A DNA stretch of 64,000 nt from Prorocentrum cordatum (lineage: Eukaryota), in contig CAUYUJ010000123.1 in the NCBI GenBank assembly GCA_963575745.1, positions 1-64,000 on the forward strand, written 5' to 3'. The notes beneath the pieces were generated by a model, which was given only the letters and a program-made list of their open reading frames with translations, made no database searches and was not told the DNA's origin. Positions 27,327 to 40,258 of this stretch are shown here, piece after piece. Made by a program: the position numbers and the translations under genes. The stretch's first letter is position 1, and each line of letters opens with the position of its first letter.

Positions 27327-27932
27327 ATGATGATGACCGATGGTGATGATGACCGATGACGGGGTGAATGCGTGAGTGAGGCGGAGAGTGGGAGGGAGGT
27401 GAGGTTCCTGCGCGGAGGGTGACCAGAGAAAACAATAATCCCACTTGGGATGTGGGAATGGTAATACGAATGATTCTAACATTAACTTTAATAGCATTGA
27501 TAACAATAGTGATACGAAAACACATGACAATTTATACTTGCGATCTGAATGCTGATACAAATACTAATCAAACCACAAATCAGAAGAACAAAAGAAACAT
27601 GAGAAGAGGGGGCCATGAAATCTGGGGAGCTGTCATGACCCCGGCCATGATATCCACCCCTAGCCATCACCCCCATCGCGGACTCCCCCAATCGTCCTCG
27701 CAGTCGTCGTCGCCGTCGCCATCTGGGCGGAGGGCGCGCGCGGCGGTCGATGGCGCTCGTGCGGGGACCGACGGCGGGGATGACTCCTTGCACCCGTGAA
27801 GCAAAAACGAACACTGTTATGGGCACATGTTGCAGATGGGTTGGGCACGTCGCCAAAGTAGTCCCAAACCTCCTGGACTGCAAGACGAAAGACCTCCTGC
27901 GGATATTGTGCTCTCGTTGTGAATAGATAGAG

Positions 27933-28137
27933 GGCCTTCCAAATGGGGTCCGAGTAGATGGGGTCGGGGGATCGCGCCGCATCGACGATGCATCGGTGAT
28001 GCATCGGCAACGTCTGCGGTGCATCGGCGACGTCGGTGTGGAGAAAATCTGGCCCCACATCGAGCCGCATCGCGAATGCATCGGCCATGCAGCGCGATCC
28101 TCCGACCCCATCTACTCTGACCCCATCTCGGAGGCCT
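27933..28137. mobile_element. Foldback MITE with about 60-bp TIRs; second copy at about 51795-52190, split by family A
   Basis: atggggtccgagtagatggggtcgggggatcgcgc / gcgcgatcctccgaccccatctactctgaccccat. Confidence 0.75.
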
Positions 28138-28535
28138 GGAATCGGTCGCAGCCGCTTTCTCCTTCCTGCCCCGGACCCGAGCGAAGGACGAAGAGCTTCG
28201 GCCTCGACTGCCTCAGGGCCTTGACCCTCGGTCGGGCATGCACTCCCACGGGCGGATATTGGGCGAAGGATGAAGAATGCCCGAACAGTACCCCCCGACA
28301 ACAAATCCAGAGCAGTCGACACATCGTCCCCAGACCATTGCTGGACTATGTGTTGAAGATTCCTCCTCAGCGCTTGGTGGCCCCATAGGGAGCTCCTGCG
28401 AAGGCCCGATTGGCGACGTCCGCATGCGTCAGCCCCGCCAAGCACAGCGTTTCGTGACCCTTCAAGGAGCTCCTCCGAAGGCCCCAGTGGCGACGTTCGC
28501 ATGCGTCCGCCCCACCTAGTACAGCGTTTCGTTGT

Positions 28536-28702
28536 TGAAGGGGCCCTGGGACACACAAATAAATACACACAAATAAGAAGATCCCTCATATTTTTTCAAT
28601 ATTTTCTGGGTTTTGTCTTCCCCCCCACACTTCCCATGTTTCCCTATATTTTTTTTGGGGAATCGAAGCTTAATTGTGTCTGTGTGTTTTCTCCACTCCT
28701 GA
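28536..28702 (+). mobile_element. Family A copy 2
   Basis: TSD gttgt/gttgt; interrupts a unit of the 90-bp repeat relative. Confidence 0.85.
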
Positions 28703-29924
28703 GTTGTCTCATACGGACCTCCACCGAAGGCCCCTGTAGCGACGTTCGCACACCCATCAGAGAATGAATGTTTACACGGGGTTTTCGCCATTGGATTTTG
28801 GAGTTCAACCTCGCTCCCCGTTGTATAAAACCTATCAGCGGCATGCCGCCGCCGCCGCGCGCGCTGGCGCTTGGCAGTTTTGCATTCAGCGTCGTATATC
28901 CACATGGGGATGTTCCCGTCTTCCGATCGTATAAGGCAGGTTCGTGTCGTGCCGACCCCCGTGTTGGTTTTTGACACCGCAGGGATCGTTCAACCTTGAA
29001 CGATCGGCCGCTGCCGCAACGTCCGATCGTTCAACATCGACCGATTCTGGGCCGCCGCCGGCGTTCAACCTTGAACGCCCGCGGCGGGGTCGCCGCCGGT
29101 CGACACGACGCGAACCTACGGGGATGTTCCCGTCTTCCGATCGTATACGTTCTGGACGTCTTGGACGTCCGGGGGGGCAGGGCCCCGGCAGCCTGCCGCA
29201 GCATGCCCGCCGGCGGCGGCGCGGGCCGCCCCCCCGCGCCCCGCACCTTCCGGGGGGCCTGCCGTCGGCCCAGGCCACCGCTCGGACGTCCCGTGCTTCG
29301 TGCCTCCTCCTCGTCGTCTTCCTCGTCGTCCTCCTCGTCGTCCTCCTCCTCCTCTCCTCCTCCTCCTTTCCTCCTCCTCCTCCTCCTCCTCACTCTCCTC
29401 CTCCTCCTCCTCCTCCTCCCTCCCCTCCTCCTCCTCCTCCAACTCCTCCTCCTCCTCCTCCTCCCTCCTCTCCTCCTCCTCCTCCTCCTCCTCCTCCTCC
29501 TCCTCCTCCTTCTCTTCGTGCGCGCGCGCTTCGTGCTCGCTTCCCGAGGTGGCCCAAGACGCTCCAAGGCTTTTCTGTTGTGCTGCCTCTCCTCCCATCC
29601 GCTCCCCAGCCCGCGGGGCCACCTGCGTTACCAATCGATCCTCAGACGTGCACCGCGACAGGGGCGTCAGACCACGCGCAGAGCAGGCCACGACTCCGCT
29701 GGCCTGTGGACGCACGCAGGACGGCATGACCGACGACGGCCCCAAACGCTTCCAAGATGCACCAGATCTCGCCGGCGCTGGCCGCGCCGAGAAGCACGCG
29801 CAGGCCCGAGCGATGCCAAGTTGGCCGGCGGTCGAGAAGGGGGGGGGGGGCCTGCAGGACCTGCCCCCGCCGCGCCCTCCCCTCCCCGCGCCGTCCTCCC
29901 TCCCTCCTCTGGGCCAGGTTCGCG

Positions 29925-30057
29925 CTGGGCATCGCTCGGACGTCCATTTCCTGTGTTTTTTGCCGGTTTCGTGCGTGTTTTTGCTCGCCAGATGGTCGAG
30001 GATGCTCCTCGAAGGTCCTCGCCGAAGGAAAAATGCACACGTCCGAGCGATGCCAAG
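29925..30057 (+). mobile_element. MITE family B copy 2
   Basis: TSD cgcg/cgcg. Confidence 0.8.
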
Positions 30058-31802
30058 CGCGTGGCGACGGCGTCGGCACTGCTTTTCCACAGCGCTCGGG
30101 GCGTCCGACCGTGAGCGACCGCTGCGGTCTGCTGGCGCAGATCACTAGATATCCGCCGACTCCGGGCCAGACCTCGACCGCCCGCGATGGGGGTCGCCGC
30201 CGCGTCAGCGCGGCGCGAAAACCTGCTACGTCCCTCCCCTGCCTCCCCTCATTGGGGGATCCTTGCTCCCTCGCCTTCCCCGAAGGTGCCCGCGATGTTC
30301 CCCCAACGCGTCCTGGATGATCTGCTTGATCTGCTCCCTCTGGACGAGCGTGCGCACGACCGCGCTCCGCTGCATCCCGATCTCTGCAGTGAACTCCTGC
30401 CAGGAGGGGGAAAAATCAAAGCACATCCAGACAAACGCTGATTTCCATTAGCGCATGTACGCGAAAAGATAGGAAGTGGAGGGGGAGAGGAATATCCCAG
30501 AAGCACGGACAACTTTGGCAAATCCTCTAGAATGTGTCCCGAATGATGTGTCCCCCCGGGCTCCTTTCCTATCCCGACCGGGTCGATCTGCACGCTGCGC
30601 TTCGCAGTGGGAGGGCAGAGCGCCGCATACCCCCCTCCAGACGGCCGCAGAGCCGACTCTCTCGCTGGCTCTGGGGCCCTGTCAGCAAGGGCTTCCAGGA
30701 GTTGAGTTTACCCGAACACCTTCCGTGCGGGTCGCACCGGCACGACATTCTGCACACAGCTCCAATCCTCGACCTCGACGCAGCAAGACTGCAACGCTCG
30801 GTTCCGTCGGGATCCATCACGAGGGAGCCAGACTGCATCGGACAAGGCCCAGGGCGACAGGCGATACAACGCCACAGTCCCATGGTTGTCAACGCGGGTT
30901 CAGGGGTGTGTCCAGCGCCGATGCGAGAAATCCGCACGGACCTCCGAATTTTCATGTTTACGTCAGGTTCGCGTCGTGCCGACTCCGGCGTTGGTTTCTG
31001 ACACAGCGGGGATCAGTCAACCTTGAACGATCGGCCCTTTCCGAAACGTCGAAATCGTTCCACATCGAACGAATCTGGGACGCCGGCGGCGTTCAACGTC
31101 GAACGCCGCCGGCGGGGTCGCCGCCGGTCGACACGACTCGAACCTACCCCACCGTATGCCATCTTTCGCCCCCCTGCTTTTGAGAAGGTCATCTCCTTCC
31201 TGCTCACCCCCCTCGCTCACCGCCCACTCTGGGGCTCGGTGTGCTGCGGTGCCCGCCCTCCTCTCCTCCTCCTTCTCCTCCTCCTGCTTCCCTCCTCCTC
31301 CTCCTCCTCCTCCTCCTCCTCCTCCTCCTCCTCCTGCTGCTTCCCTCCTCCGCCTCCTCGTCCTCCTCTCCTCCTCCTCCTCCTCCTCCTCCTCCTCCTC
31401 CTCCTGCTCCTCCTCCTCCTCCTCCTCCTCCTCCTGCTCCCTGTCCTCCTCCTCCTCCTCCTCCTTCTCCTCCTTCTCCTCCTCCTCCTCACTGCTCACC
31501 CCCCTCTCTCGCCGCCGACTCTGGGGCTCGGCGTGCTGCGGTGCCCGCCCTGGGCCCCCCCCCGAGGTCACGGCCGCGGCGTGCCGCGCCGAGGGGGGGC
31601 CCCCTGGGCGGCGCTGGAGGGGGGCTGCTCCAGGGTCGGCGGCGAGCGAGAGGGGGCGAGGAGGGGGAGAAGGAGGAGGAGGAGGAGGAGGAGGAGGAGA
31701 AGGAGGAGGAGGAGGAGGAGGAAGAGGAGGAGGGCTGCTCCGCGAGAGGTAGGCGGCAGGTGCGCGTGCCCTCGGCACCCAGGTGAACGACGATCAAACA
31801 CG

Positions 31803-31965
31803 TCGTCATCATCATCATCAGCATCATCAGCATCATCCTCATCATCAGCATCATCATCAGCATCATCATCAGCATCATCAGCATCATCATCATCATCACC
31901 ATCACCATCAGCATCAGCATCAGCATCAGCATCAGCATCAGCATCAGCATCAGCATCAGCATCAG

Positions 31966-32011
<46 letters not shown>

Positions 32012-32049
32012 GTCATCACCATTCGCATCATCATCATCATCATCATCAG

Positions 32050-32080
<31 letters not shown>

Positions 32081-32142
32081 GTCATTCGCATCATCAACAT
32101 CATCATCAACAACATCATCAGCAACATCATCATCATCATCAT
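31803..32142. repeat. (CAT)n and (CATCAG)n microsatellite
   Basis: Direct inspection. Confidence 0.95.
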
Positions 32143-32734
32143 TAGCGGCCGTTTCGCGTGCCCTCGGCACCCAGGCAGCACTGCGCTGGAGCGGACCGCG
32201 AAAGCGGATCTGATCGAGGGCGGATCCGATTTGACGCACTTCACTGCAGGCGCTTTGGGCCCAGAGCGCTGCGGCGACGAGACCGCACCGAGGTTGGCTG
32301 AGCTTCTCGGAGGCCATTTGCCACGTTGAGAACCTCGTCTCATCTCAGCGTCTCCCCACGGGGGGCAGCGTCCCGCCGCGGCCAGGCGGCGCGGTCAACC
32401 AAAGCTGCGCTGTGGCAAGCAGAAGAGACACCCTGGGCGGACGCCCTACCCCCAGAGTGCCACTATGGGCAGGTAGGGCGCCACATGCATGACTGGGTAC
32501 TTGATATCCCGCCCCGCGGCCAGGCGGCGAATGCGCGTGCCCTCGACACCCCGGGCGAGCGGCGACCAAAACCGGGCCTCGTGCGAGAGGACGCAACAGC
32601 CTCACGCCGCCGCCTGCGCGGGCCGCCAGCGCGCAGCACGCTGCGTGGGCGACGAGGGCGCTGCCCGCGCGACCTCGCGCGGGCAGCTTACGCGCCGCTG
32701 TCGGCGCTGACGGCCCCGTTTTTCTTTGCGTGGC

Positions 32735-32866
32735 CTCGCCGTCGCTCGGACGTCCCTTTCCCGTGCATTTTTCGGTTTCGTGCGTGTGTCTTTTGGCTCG
32801 TTGGTCGAGGATGGTCCTCGATGGTTCTCGCCGAGAGAAACATGCACACGTCCAAGCGATGCCAGG
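32735..32866 (+). mobile_element. MITE family B copy 3
   Basis: TSD tggc/cggc. Confidence 0.7.
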
Positions 32867-33240
32867 CGGCCCATAACCAGCCTCGAATGTATCCTATCCC
32901 TAAGATGGGGGAGCAAAAAGCGAGGACAATCTTAGGGATAGGCCCTCAAGAACTGAGGGAATCCTTAAGATCGGCATCGAGGTGAGGTGGTGTCAAACAT
33001 AGGGATAGGGATATGTTCCAGGCTGGTAAGCCCAGGTGTCACGAGCCCAGGCGGCTAGTGCGCGTGCCCTCGGCACCCAGGCAGGTCTGCGCCGAATCGG
33101 ATCGCGACATCGCATCGGATCGAGAGCGGATCGGGGGCGCCGGCGCAGCGCCCCACACCGGATCCGTATCGGAGCGCCGCGCCCCGCTTCCGGCTGGCCC
33201 TGGCCGATGCCGGTGAACAGAGCCGGATCGCATCGAATTG

Positions 33241-33371
33241 CCTGCCATCGCTCGGACGTCCATTCCCTGTGCTGTGTTCGGTTTCGTGCGTGGCTTTTTC
33301 GCGAGATGATCGAGGATGCTCCTCGATGGCCCTCGCCGAAGGCAAAATGCACACGTCCGAGCGATGCCAGG
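33241..33371 (+). mobile_element. MITE family B copy 4
   Basis: TSD attg/attg. Confidence 0.8.
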
Positions 33372-34535
33372 ATTGGAAGCCTAAATGAACCTGAATGAAG
33401 AACGAGGCCCCCTTTTTCCATCAGTTAACCTTCGATGTCCGGTCGGAAACCTAAGGCAAGCCTGAGGCAAGCTGTGAAACACTTCAGGAACGCGAAGCCC
33501 CTCCCAACGAAAAGGGTTCCTGCTCCAGGGCCCCGACTGTAAACCTCCCCTCTGTGAAAACGGCCTGGGACCGAAACCGACGGATCTGGACCCGCAAAAA
33601 TGCCGGCCGCGACGCCCTCTCGCGAACCGAAAACGGCCAATTCACCAATCGACGTGCCAGGGTAGGAGGCCTGTCAACCTCCGAGTCGGGTCGGGCGAAA
33701 GGGGGGGATAGCAAAGGGCTGATTTTCCCGGCGCCTCCCGGCGCCGGAGGCGGCCATGTATCGAGGAATGGGTCGCGCCGAATTGGCATCGCGGCCCCCG
33801 CGAGCGAAGCGAAGCGCAGCGGATCGGATCGCCGGCGGCCCCTGCGCCAGGCGCCACGAGCCTCCGAGGGGCAGGCAGGCAGGCAGGCAGGCAAGAGCGG
33901 CGCGCCCTGGCGGCGCATCGGGAGAAGATACACTCATCGGCCTGACCTAAGGAGCGATACATAAGGAACGAAGCCCATGTCTTCCAAGGAATAACGCGTA
34001 GGCGTCACGAGCCTCCGAGGGGGAGGCCCCGCGCCAGGCGTCACGAGCCTCCGAGGGGGAGGGGGCAGGCAGGCAGGCAGGCAGGCAAGGGCGGCGCCCT
34101 GGCGGCGCATCGGGAGAAGATACACTCATCGGCCTGACCTAAGGAACCCAAAATAAGGAACGAGGCCCCTTTTTTCCATAAGTTGAGATTCGATTTCGTA
34201 TCGAAAACCTGAGGAAAAAGGGGGCAGGCAGGCAGGCAAGGGCCGCGCCCTGGCGGCGCATCGGGAGAAGATAGACTCATCGGCCTGACCTAAGGAGCGA
34301 TACATAAGGAACGAAGCCCCTGTCTTCCAAGGAGTAACGCATAGGGAACGATGAGCAAATAATGCATAACGCATCGGGAGCGATAAGTAACGCATGCAAG
34401 CCTCAGGAACGACCGAGCCCCTTTTGAAAAGTAAGCGTTCCTTATTCAAACCACTCACTGTACACCCCAGCTCAGCTGCAAACGCATTCTCCGTTCCGGA
34501 AAGGAACTTCGCTCCAAGCGTTTTCTCAAACGGTA

Positions 34536-34711
34536 CAGTCGGGGCGTTGACCTAAGGAACCCTAAATAAGGAACGAGGCCCCTATTTTCCATAAGTTGAG
34601 CTTCGCTTTCGTATCGAAAACCTAAGGACAATCCAAGGCAAGCTGCGAAACAATCAAGGAACACGGAGCCCCTCCCCAACGAAAAGGGTTCCTTCTTCAG
34701 GGCCCCGACTG
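34536..34711 (+). mobile_element. Tc1/mariner-type MITE (TA|CAGTCGGG...CCCGACTG|TA); also 43953-44128 and a partial copy ending 33539
   Basis: CAGT termini with TA flanks and a shared internal sequence. Confidence 0.75.
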
Positions 34712-35355
34712 TACACCCCAGCTCAGATGGAAGCGCATTTTCCGTTCAGGAAAGGAACTTCGCTCCTAGCGTTTTCTCAAACGGTAGTCCAGGTCCAACT
34801 GCGACACTCTCTACACCAAACCAAAAACTCCAAGCAAACGCCCAATTGCATGCTCATTCTGGGGACCTTCCTGGAGCCACTCGCTCCACTCGTGCGTCGA
34901 AACTGCGTCGAATCTGAGTCGAACCTGAGTCGAACCTTAGTCGAACCTGAGTCGAATCTGAGTCGAACTTGAGTCGAGCCTGAGTCGAACAGATCTGTTA
35001 GGTAGGGCCCAGAAAGGTCCCCAAAACGAGCATCGAAGCCCAAAGTCCAGTCCAGATTCTTGCGTCCACGGGCGTGGACGCTGCTTCTGGAGATCTCTTA
35101 GGGGTGAAGGAGCGTTGAAGGCGTGCCTGCAACGCTTTCACCGGGGGCGCGCAAACATGCATCAGCAATCCATGGATGTGGCGCGCGGTCGCCAAATCCA
35201 TGCCCCGGGGGAGGCGCCCTCCCCCAAAGTGAGGCCGGCGCCGCCTCGCTCGGCGGCGGAAATCCGCGATGTCCCATGGAAACGGGGCCCTTCGCTAGTC
35301 CACGCCTCCTTACCTTAATCCATGTTTGCGATCGCCTGAATTCAGGCAGGAAGAT

Positions 35356-35546
35356 TGAAGGGGCCCTGGGACCCACAAATAAATACACACAAACAACAGG
35401 ATGCCCCATATTTCCCTATATTTTCTGGGTTTTGGTCTTCCCCCCCCCACTTCCCACATTTTCCCATCTTTTCGGGGGAATCGACGGTGGATTGTGTCTG
35501 TGTGTGTGTGTCTGTGTCTGTCTGTGTGTGTGTTTTTCCCTCCTGA
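35356..35546 (+). mobile_element. Family A copy 3
   Basis: TSD aagat/aggat. Confidence 0.8.
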
Positions 35547-36166
35547 AGGATGTGCTGAGGATTGCAAAAAAAACCCAGGATTGCAAAAAAAACGAAGGAT
35601 TGCAAAAAACGAAGGATTGCAAAAAAGGATTGCAACAAAAACCCTTCGTTCAGGTTTGTTTGCAATCCTTCGTTCAGGTTTTTTTTGCAATCCTTCGTAA
35701 AAGCAGACGCCGAGCCAGTCGGTTGCCTCGGGGAGCCGGCGCTGGGCCTCGTGAGCAGGCGCCACGCAGGGGGGGGCGAGTCGAGGATGCCTTTTTTTGG
35801 CCGCGGGGCCCACGGTCGCCCCGAGGAGGAGGAGGAGGAGGAGGAGGAGGAGGAGGAGGAGGAGGAGGAGGAGGGAGGAGGAAAAGGAGGAGGAGGAGGA
35901 GGAGGTGGTTGAGGAGGAGGAGTGCTCGGAGCTCCCCCCAGAGAGCCTCAAGAAAGCCCCACGCACCCCCAAAAGGGCCCCAAAGGGGGGGCGCCAAGCT
36001 GCCTCCACCAAGGACCCCAGGCGGCTCCTCGACGCCTCCAGGAGGCTCCGTCAGCCAAAGGTCTGCGAATGGTTCCCCTTTCTCCTCTTCTCACTCCTCC
36101 TCGTCCTCCTGCTCCTTCTCATTTTCCTCCTCCTGCTCCTCCTGCTCCTCCTTCTCACTCCTCCCT

Positions 36167-36232
<66 letters not shown>

Positions 36233-39171
36233 TCTCCTCCTCCTGCTCCTCCTCCTTCTCCTCCTCCTCCTCCTCCTCAACTTCATCCCAGGATGGCTCC
36301 AGGAGGCCTCCGAAGACAACTTGCGTGGGCATCGGTTCGGAATGCGCTGGTGGGGTTACGTACGCGGCGCATCAATAACTCAAATTGCAAATTCTACGGG
36401 GCTCGATTTGAGTTTTGCCTGAAGGAAGAAGCTACTACGGAACCCCTAAGCCCGGATAGTGGTTCGCCTGTACGACTGAAGGCTGGCCTGAGACTTCGTC
36501 ACACATGTTGATATGAACTTAGCCGCCCGGACACGCAACACGCAACACGTAGCGTATTGATACGGGCCCAACACGTACCCTGAAATCGTGGGTCTGACGC
36601 GATAGTTTCGCCAAAACGTGGGCCAGTACGTTGAGCCAACACGCAACGTACTGGCACGGACGCTTTGAGCACGGTAGGAGTTGCGTATCAAAACGTGCGT
36701 ATCGAGGCAACTAAGGATATGGAAAGCCCCTGCCCGCCCCGGCCACGCCTGGTAAGCGGCCTCCGCCTGCTTCCCCCAGTCCTCGTCGCTGCGACCAGCC
36801 CTGGAGGACGCCGCGAACTGCCGGCATTTTCCCAGGATCTCCTGGAGAGATGGGAGGGGGAGGGGGACAGGGAAGGATTGAGGGAAGGAGGATGAGGAGG
36901 GGGGAGGATGAGGATGAGGATGAGGAGGAGGAGGAGGAGGACGAGGAGGAGGACGAGGAGGAGGACGAGGAGGAGGAATGGGAGGATACGGAGGATGGAG
37001 TCGAAGGAAGTATGGATCATGAGGAGGAGGAGGAAGAGGAGGAGCAGGGAGGAGGAGGATGAGCAGGGAGGAGGAGGAGGAAGAGAGGAGGAGGAGGACG
37101 AGGACGAGGAGGAGGAGGACGAGGAGGAGTGCAGAAGCCTTCCCGTATCTGAAAAAAGGCCCCACTCATAAGCCCCCATCAGGCTCTCACAGCACCCCCC
37201 CACCAGGGGGCCCCAGGACGATCTCAGCATGACTCCTTTTCGCTCCTCCTCGTCCTCCTTTTTGCTCGCTCCCCCCCCTTTACTATGTCTCCCTCATGTG
37301 TTCCCCCAAGGGGTTTCACAACAACGGGGGGAACACATAGCCCGATAACTTGGCCAAACTTTGACCCAACGCTTGGCCACATGGGCGTTTCCAAAAGGCA
37401 GGGGGCAGCGGTGGTTCGCAGTAGGCGGCATCGATAATATCACAAACGCGCAAACATAGAAACGAGCATGTGCGCAGCAATCCACGCCGACGCATCCAGC
37501 AGACAGTCATGGGCATCTATAGGGACGGCCTCGTATGCTGACATATGGGGGAGTCATACTGATGGCCAATGTGACTGCGATGAAGGATACCAACAAGAAC
37601 CCATGGGAATGTCCTCCCCGCCAATCGAAAACGGAAGACATCATACGAGCGTGCCCCAACAACGAAGGAGGTCAAACAACAATCTTCGCCTCCCCAACCG
37701 TCGTTCAATCTTAAGACAGATTTCGGAAGTGCTTGAAACAGGACAGGCCTCAAACATTTGTTGTCCTGCGCTTCCTCCGGGGAGGAAGACGAGGAAGAAA
37801 GGAAGGAGGAGGAGGAGGAGGGGGGACGATGAAAAGGGGAGGAGGGAAGAGGGAGGAGGTAACGCAGGACAAAGGGGAGGAGCCCACGCCACTGAGAGGG
37901 TCCCTGCTCCCGCCGCACATGCCTGAACGTTTCGGCCGCATCCAAGCACCAGCACGCGCATCCAATCTTATTGAACTACATTGTAATACAAGTGAGGGCG
38001 GAAGCGGAAGCGGAAGCGGGAGAAGGGCAAAGCGCAAAGAAAGAGGGGCGGACATGGAGATGGGAAGCGGACGCCTCAATCCACGAAAACGTTGTTCGGC
38101 GGCTTGCGGCCCTCAAGGAGACAGCCCGAGTTCGGTCACCTTCGTGTCCCGGTTTTGAAGAACTCGGGGTTGAGGGGGCCCTTGTTTTGACTCTCTGCGA
38201 TGTAAGCGAAGTATTGGGCAAAGCACTCGTGGCCGTCCTTCGCCGCGCCCTCGCGGCACATGTTGGCAAAGGAATACGTCAACTCCACTAGGACAGACTC
38301 TTCCTGCCTTCAAGGGTCATGCGGTATGATTTTCATGCCTTCGCCTGTCGTCCCTGCGACTTGCCAGCCACGCGACCGTCCTTTAGGTGCATGACCAGGG
38401 CGTCGAGGCGGCCAAGGTCAGTCCACACAACAACAGCAAGCGCCCCTACTCCCCCGAGCATCAACAACAATGTTTCCAACCACCTTGAAAGACTTCGCTA
38501 CCGTAGCGACCTCCAGCTGGTAGAACATGATCGTCGGACTGCGAGAAGCCCGCACGCCATCGACACCAATGCCTTTGAACAACTCACGGCCACGGGTCAG
38601 ACGAGATGAGGACTCCACTGCCAAAAGCGACCTCCCGCAACTGCACATCAGAAGAGAATGACCATGTCAGCACCAGCCCAAGCGGAGCCAGCCTCTCAAC
38701 GAGCGGGCGCAGGGCAGACTCGTTCCCTTGAGACCGCCCATGGGTGGCGAGCTGAACTTTGCGCATGTGCGCATGCTGGAAAGCGTCCAAGAAGCCGAAG
38801 AAGTTGCGGACTTGCCTTTTTAAAAACCAAAATGCGGCTCGGATGCCAACGTCATGTCGCTGATGCTGATGCTGCAGTGGCGGTCGTTGGAGCCTGCGTG
38901 GACGCGACTGGTCTGAAGAACCCGCCCGTTGTGCTTCAGTTCGCTCAGGCGAACATCAATTGCAGAAGCTGCTGCGCCTTGGGCACGCATGTCGACAATC
39001 GTGCGCTGACAACGCGCTAGTTCGTCGACTTCAGGCGAGCCAAGGTCAAGAGACGGTAGCGCCGTGAGAGGACGCCTCCCTCCCCCCCCCCCATAAGGGA
39101 TATCTTGGCACCAGCAGCGCCGCCAAAGTATTGAGCGTCTCCTTCATGCAGCAAGCGTGCACAGGAAGGTC

Positions 39172-39341
39172 CTGACTACCTACCAAACCACCCCAACCCA
39201 ACCCGAAGACCCGAATTTCGGGTTGGGGGGGGTATGGGCTCCATATGTGTTTTTTCGATGTTCCCGGACCCCCCCCCCACTGGAAATGGAGGGCGAATTG
39301 AGGCCTTCGGGTTGGGTTGGGGTGGTTTGGTGGGTGGTGAG
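39172..39341 (-). mobile_element. 170-bp TIR element with 3-bp TSD, Introner-like
   Basis: About 40-bp TIR ctgactacctaccaaaccaccccaacccaacccgaag / cttcgggttgggttggggtggtttggtgggtggtgag; TSD gtc/gtc. Confidence 0.75.
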
Positions 39342-39440
39342 GTCGTCCTCCATCACGGCGGGCAACGGCTCGTGCGTGTCCTGCTGCGCGAGAAAAGCGA
39401 CGGTGTCATTTTGGGCCTCGGACAGGGCCCCAACAACGAC

Positions 39441-39614
39441 TTGGGCGTGGCTTAATGGGGGGGTCACAAATGGGGGGGTCAAAAAAGGTCCCCTTTCGTG
39501 CCCCTTTCGGGCCCTCCGGAGCCCCAGGGGGCTCGTTTAGGTACCGTTTGGGTACCTTTTCGGACCACCCGCGACACCCCCCCATTTATGACCCCCCCAT
39601 TACGCGGCGCCCAA
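39441..39614. mobile_element. MITE ttgggcg...cgcccaa with 5-bp TSD
   Basis: TSD acgac/acgac; a similar uninterrupted site (cccaacagcgaccagcgc) lies at about 39840. Confidence 0.8.
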
Positions 39615-40027
39615 ACGACCAGCGCGAGAAAAGCGACGGTGTCATTTTGGGCCTCCGTCAGGGCCCCAACAGCGACCCACGCACCGGCAGTGCCATCTGG
39701 GCGGGCCGCGGACGTCTCGAGGCACGGCGTATGTGAGGAGGAGGAGGAGGAGGAGGAGGAGGGAGGAGGAGGGAGGAGGAGGGAGGAGGAGGAGGAGAAG
39801 GAGGAGGAGGAGGAGGAGGAGGAGAACCAAGGTCAGGGCCCCAACAGCGACCAGCGCACCGGCAGTGCCATCCGGGCGGGCCGCGGACGTCTCGAAGCAC
39901 GGCGTATATGTGGCGCGGGAGGAAGCGGAGTACGAGGCGGTGCTGCCGCCCGAGGCGGGCCAGCGCAGAGAACACCACTTGGCCGACGAGGGCCACCTGG
40001 CTGTTGAAGAACCTGGCTGAAGAATAA

Positions 40028-40258
40028 TTGGACGCCCGAGTTATCCGGGGTAACTCGGGTCCGGGGTAACTCGGGTTTGGGTTCCCGAAAAACGAACCCG
40101 AATTAACCCGGACCCGAATTACCCCTGATGATTCGGGGCTCTGGACGCCCGAAATATCCGGGGTAACTCGGGTCCGGGATGACTCGGGTTCGGACTCCCG
40201 AAAAAACGAACCCGAGTTAGCCCTGACCCGAATTATCCCGGATGATTCGGGGCTCAGA
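40028..40258 (+). mobile_element. Head-to-tail dimer of an about 112-bp palindromic unit; second copy at about 47985-48213
   Basis: Both loci share the internal junction ggggctctggacgcccga; flanks here are aataa/aataa. Confidence 0.7.

Noticed and set aside
30200..30955. Possible exon or TE coding remnant on the - strand
   Set aside because: Short plausible peptides but with stops and shifts, and no recognisable motif.
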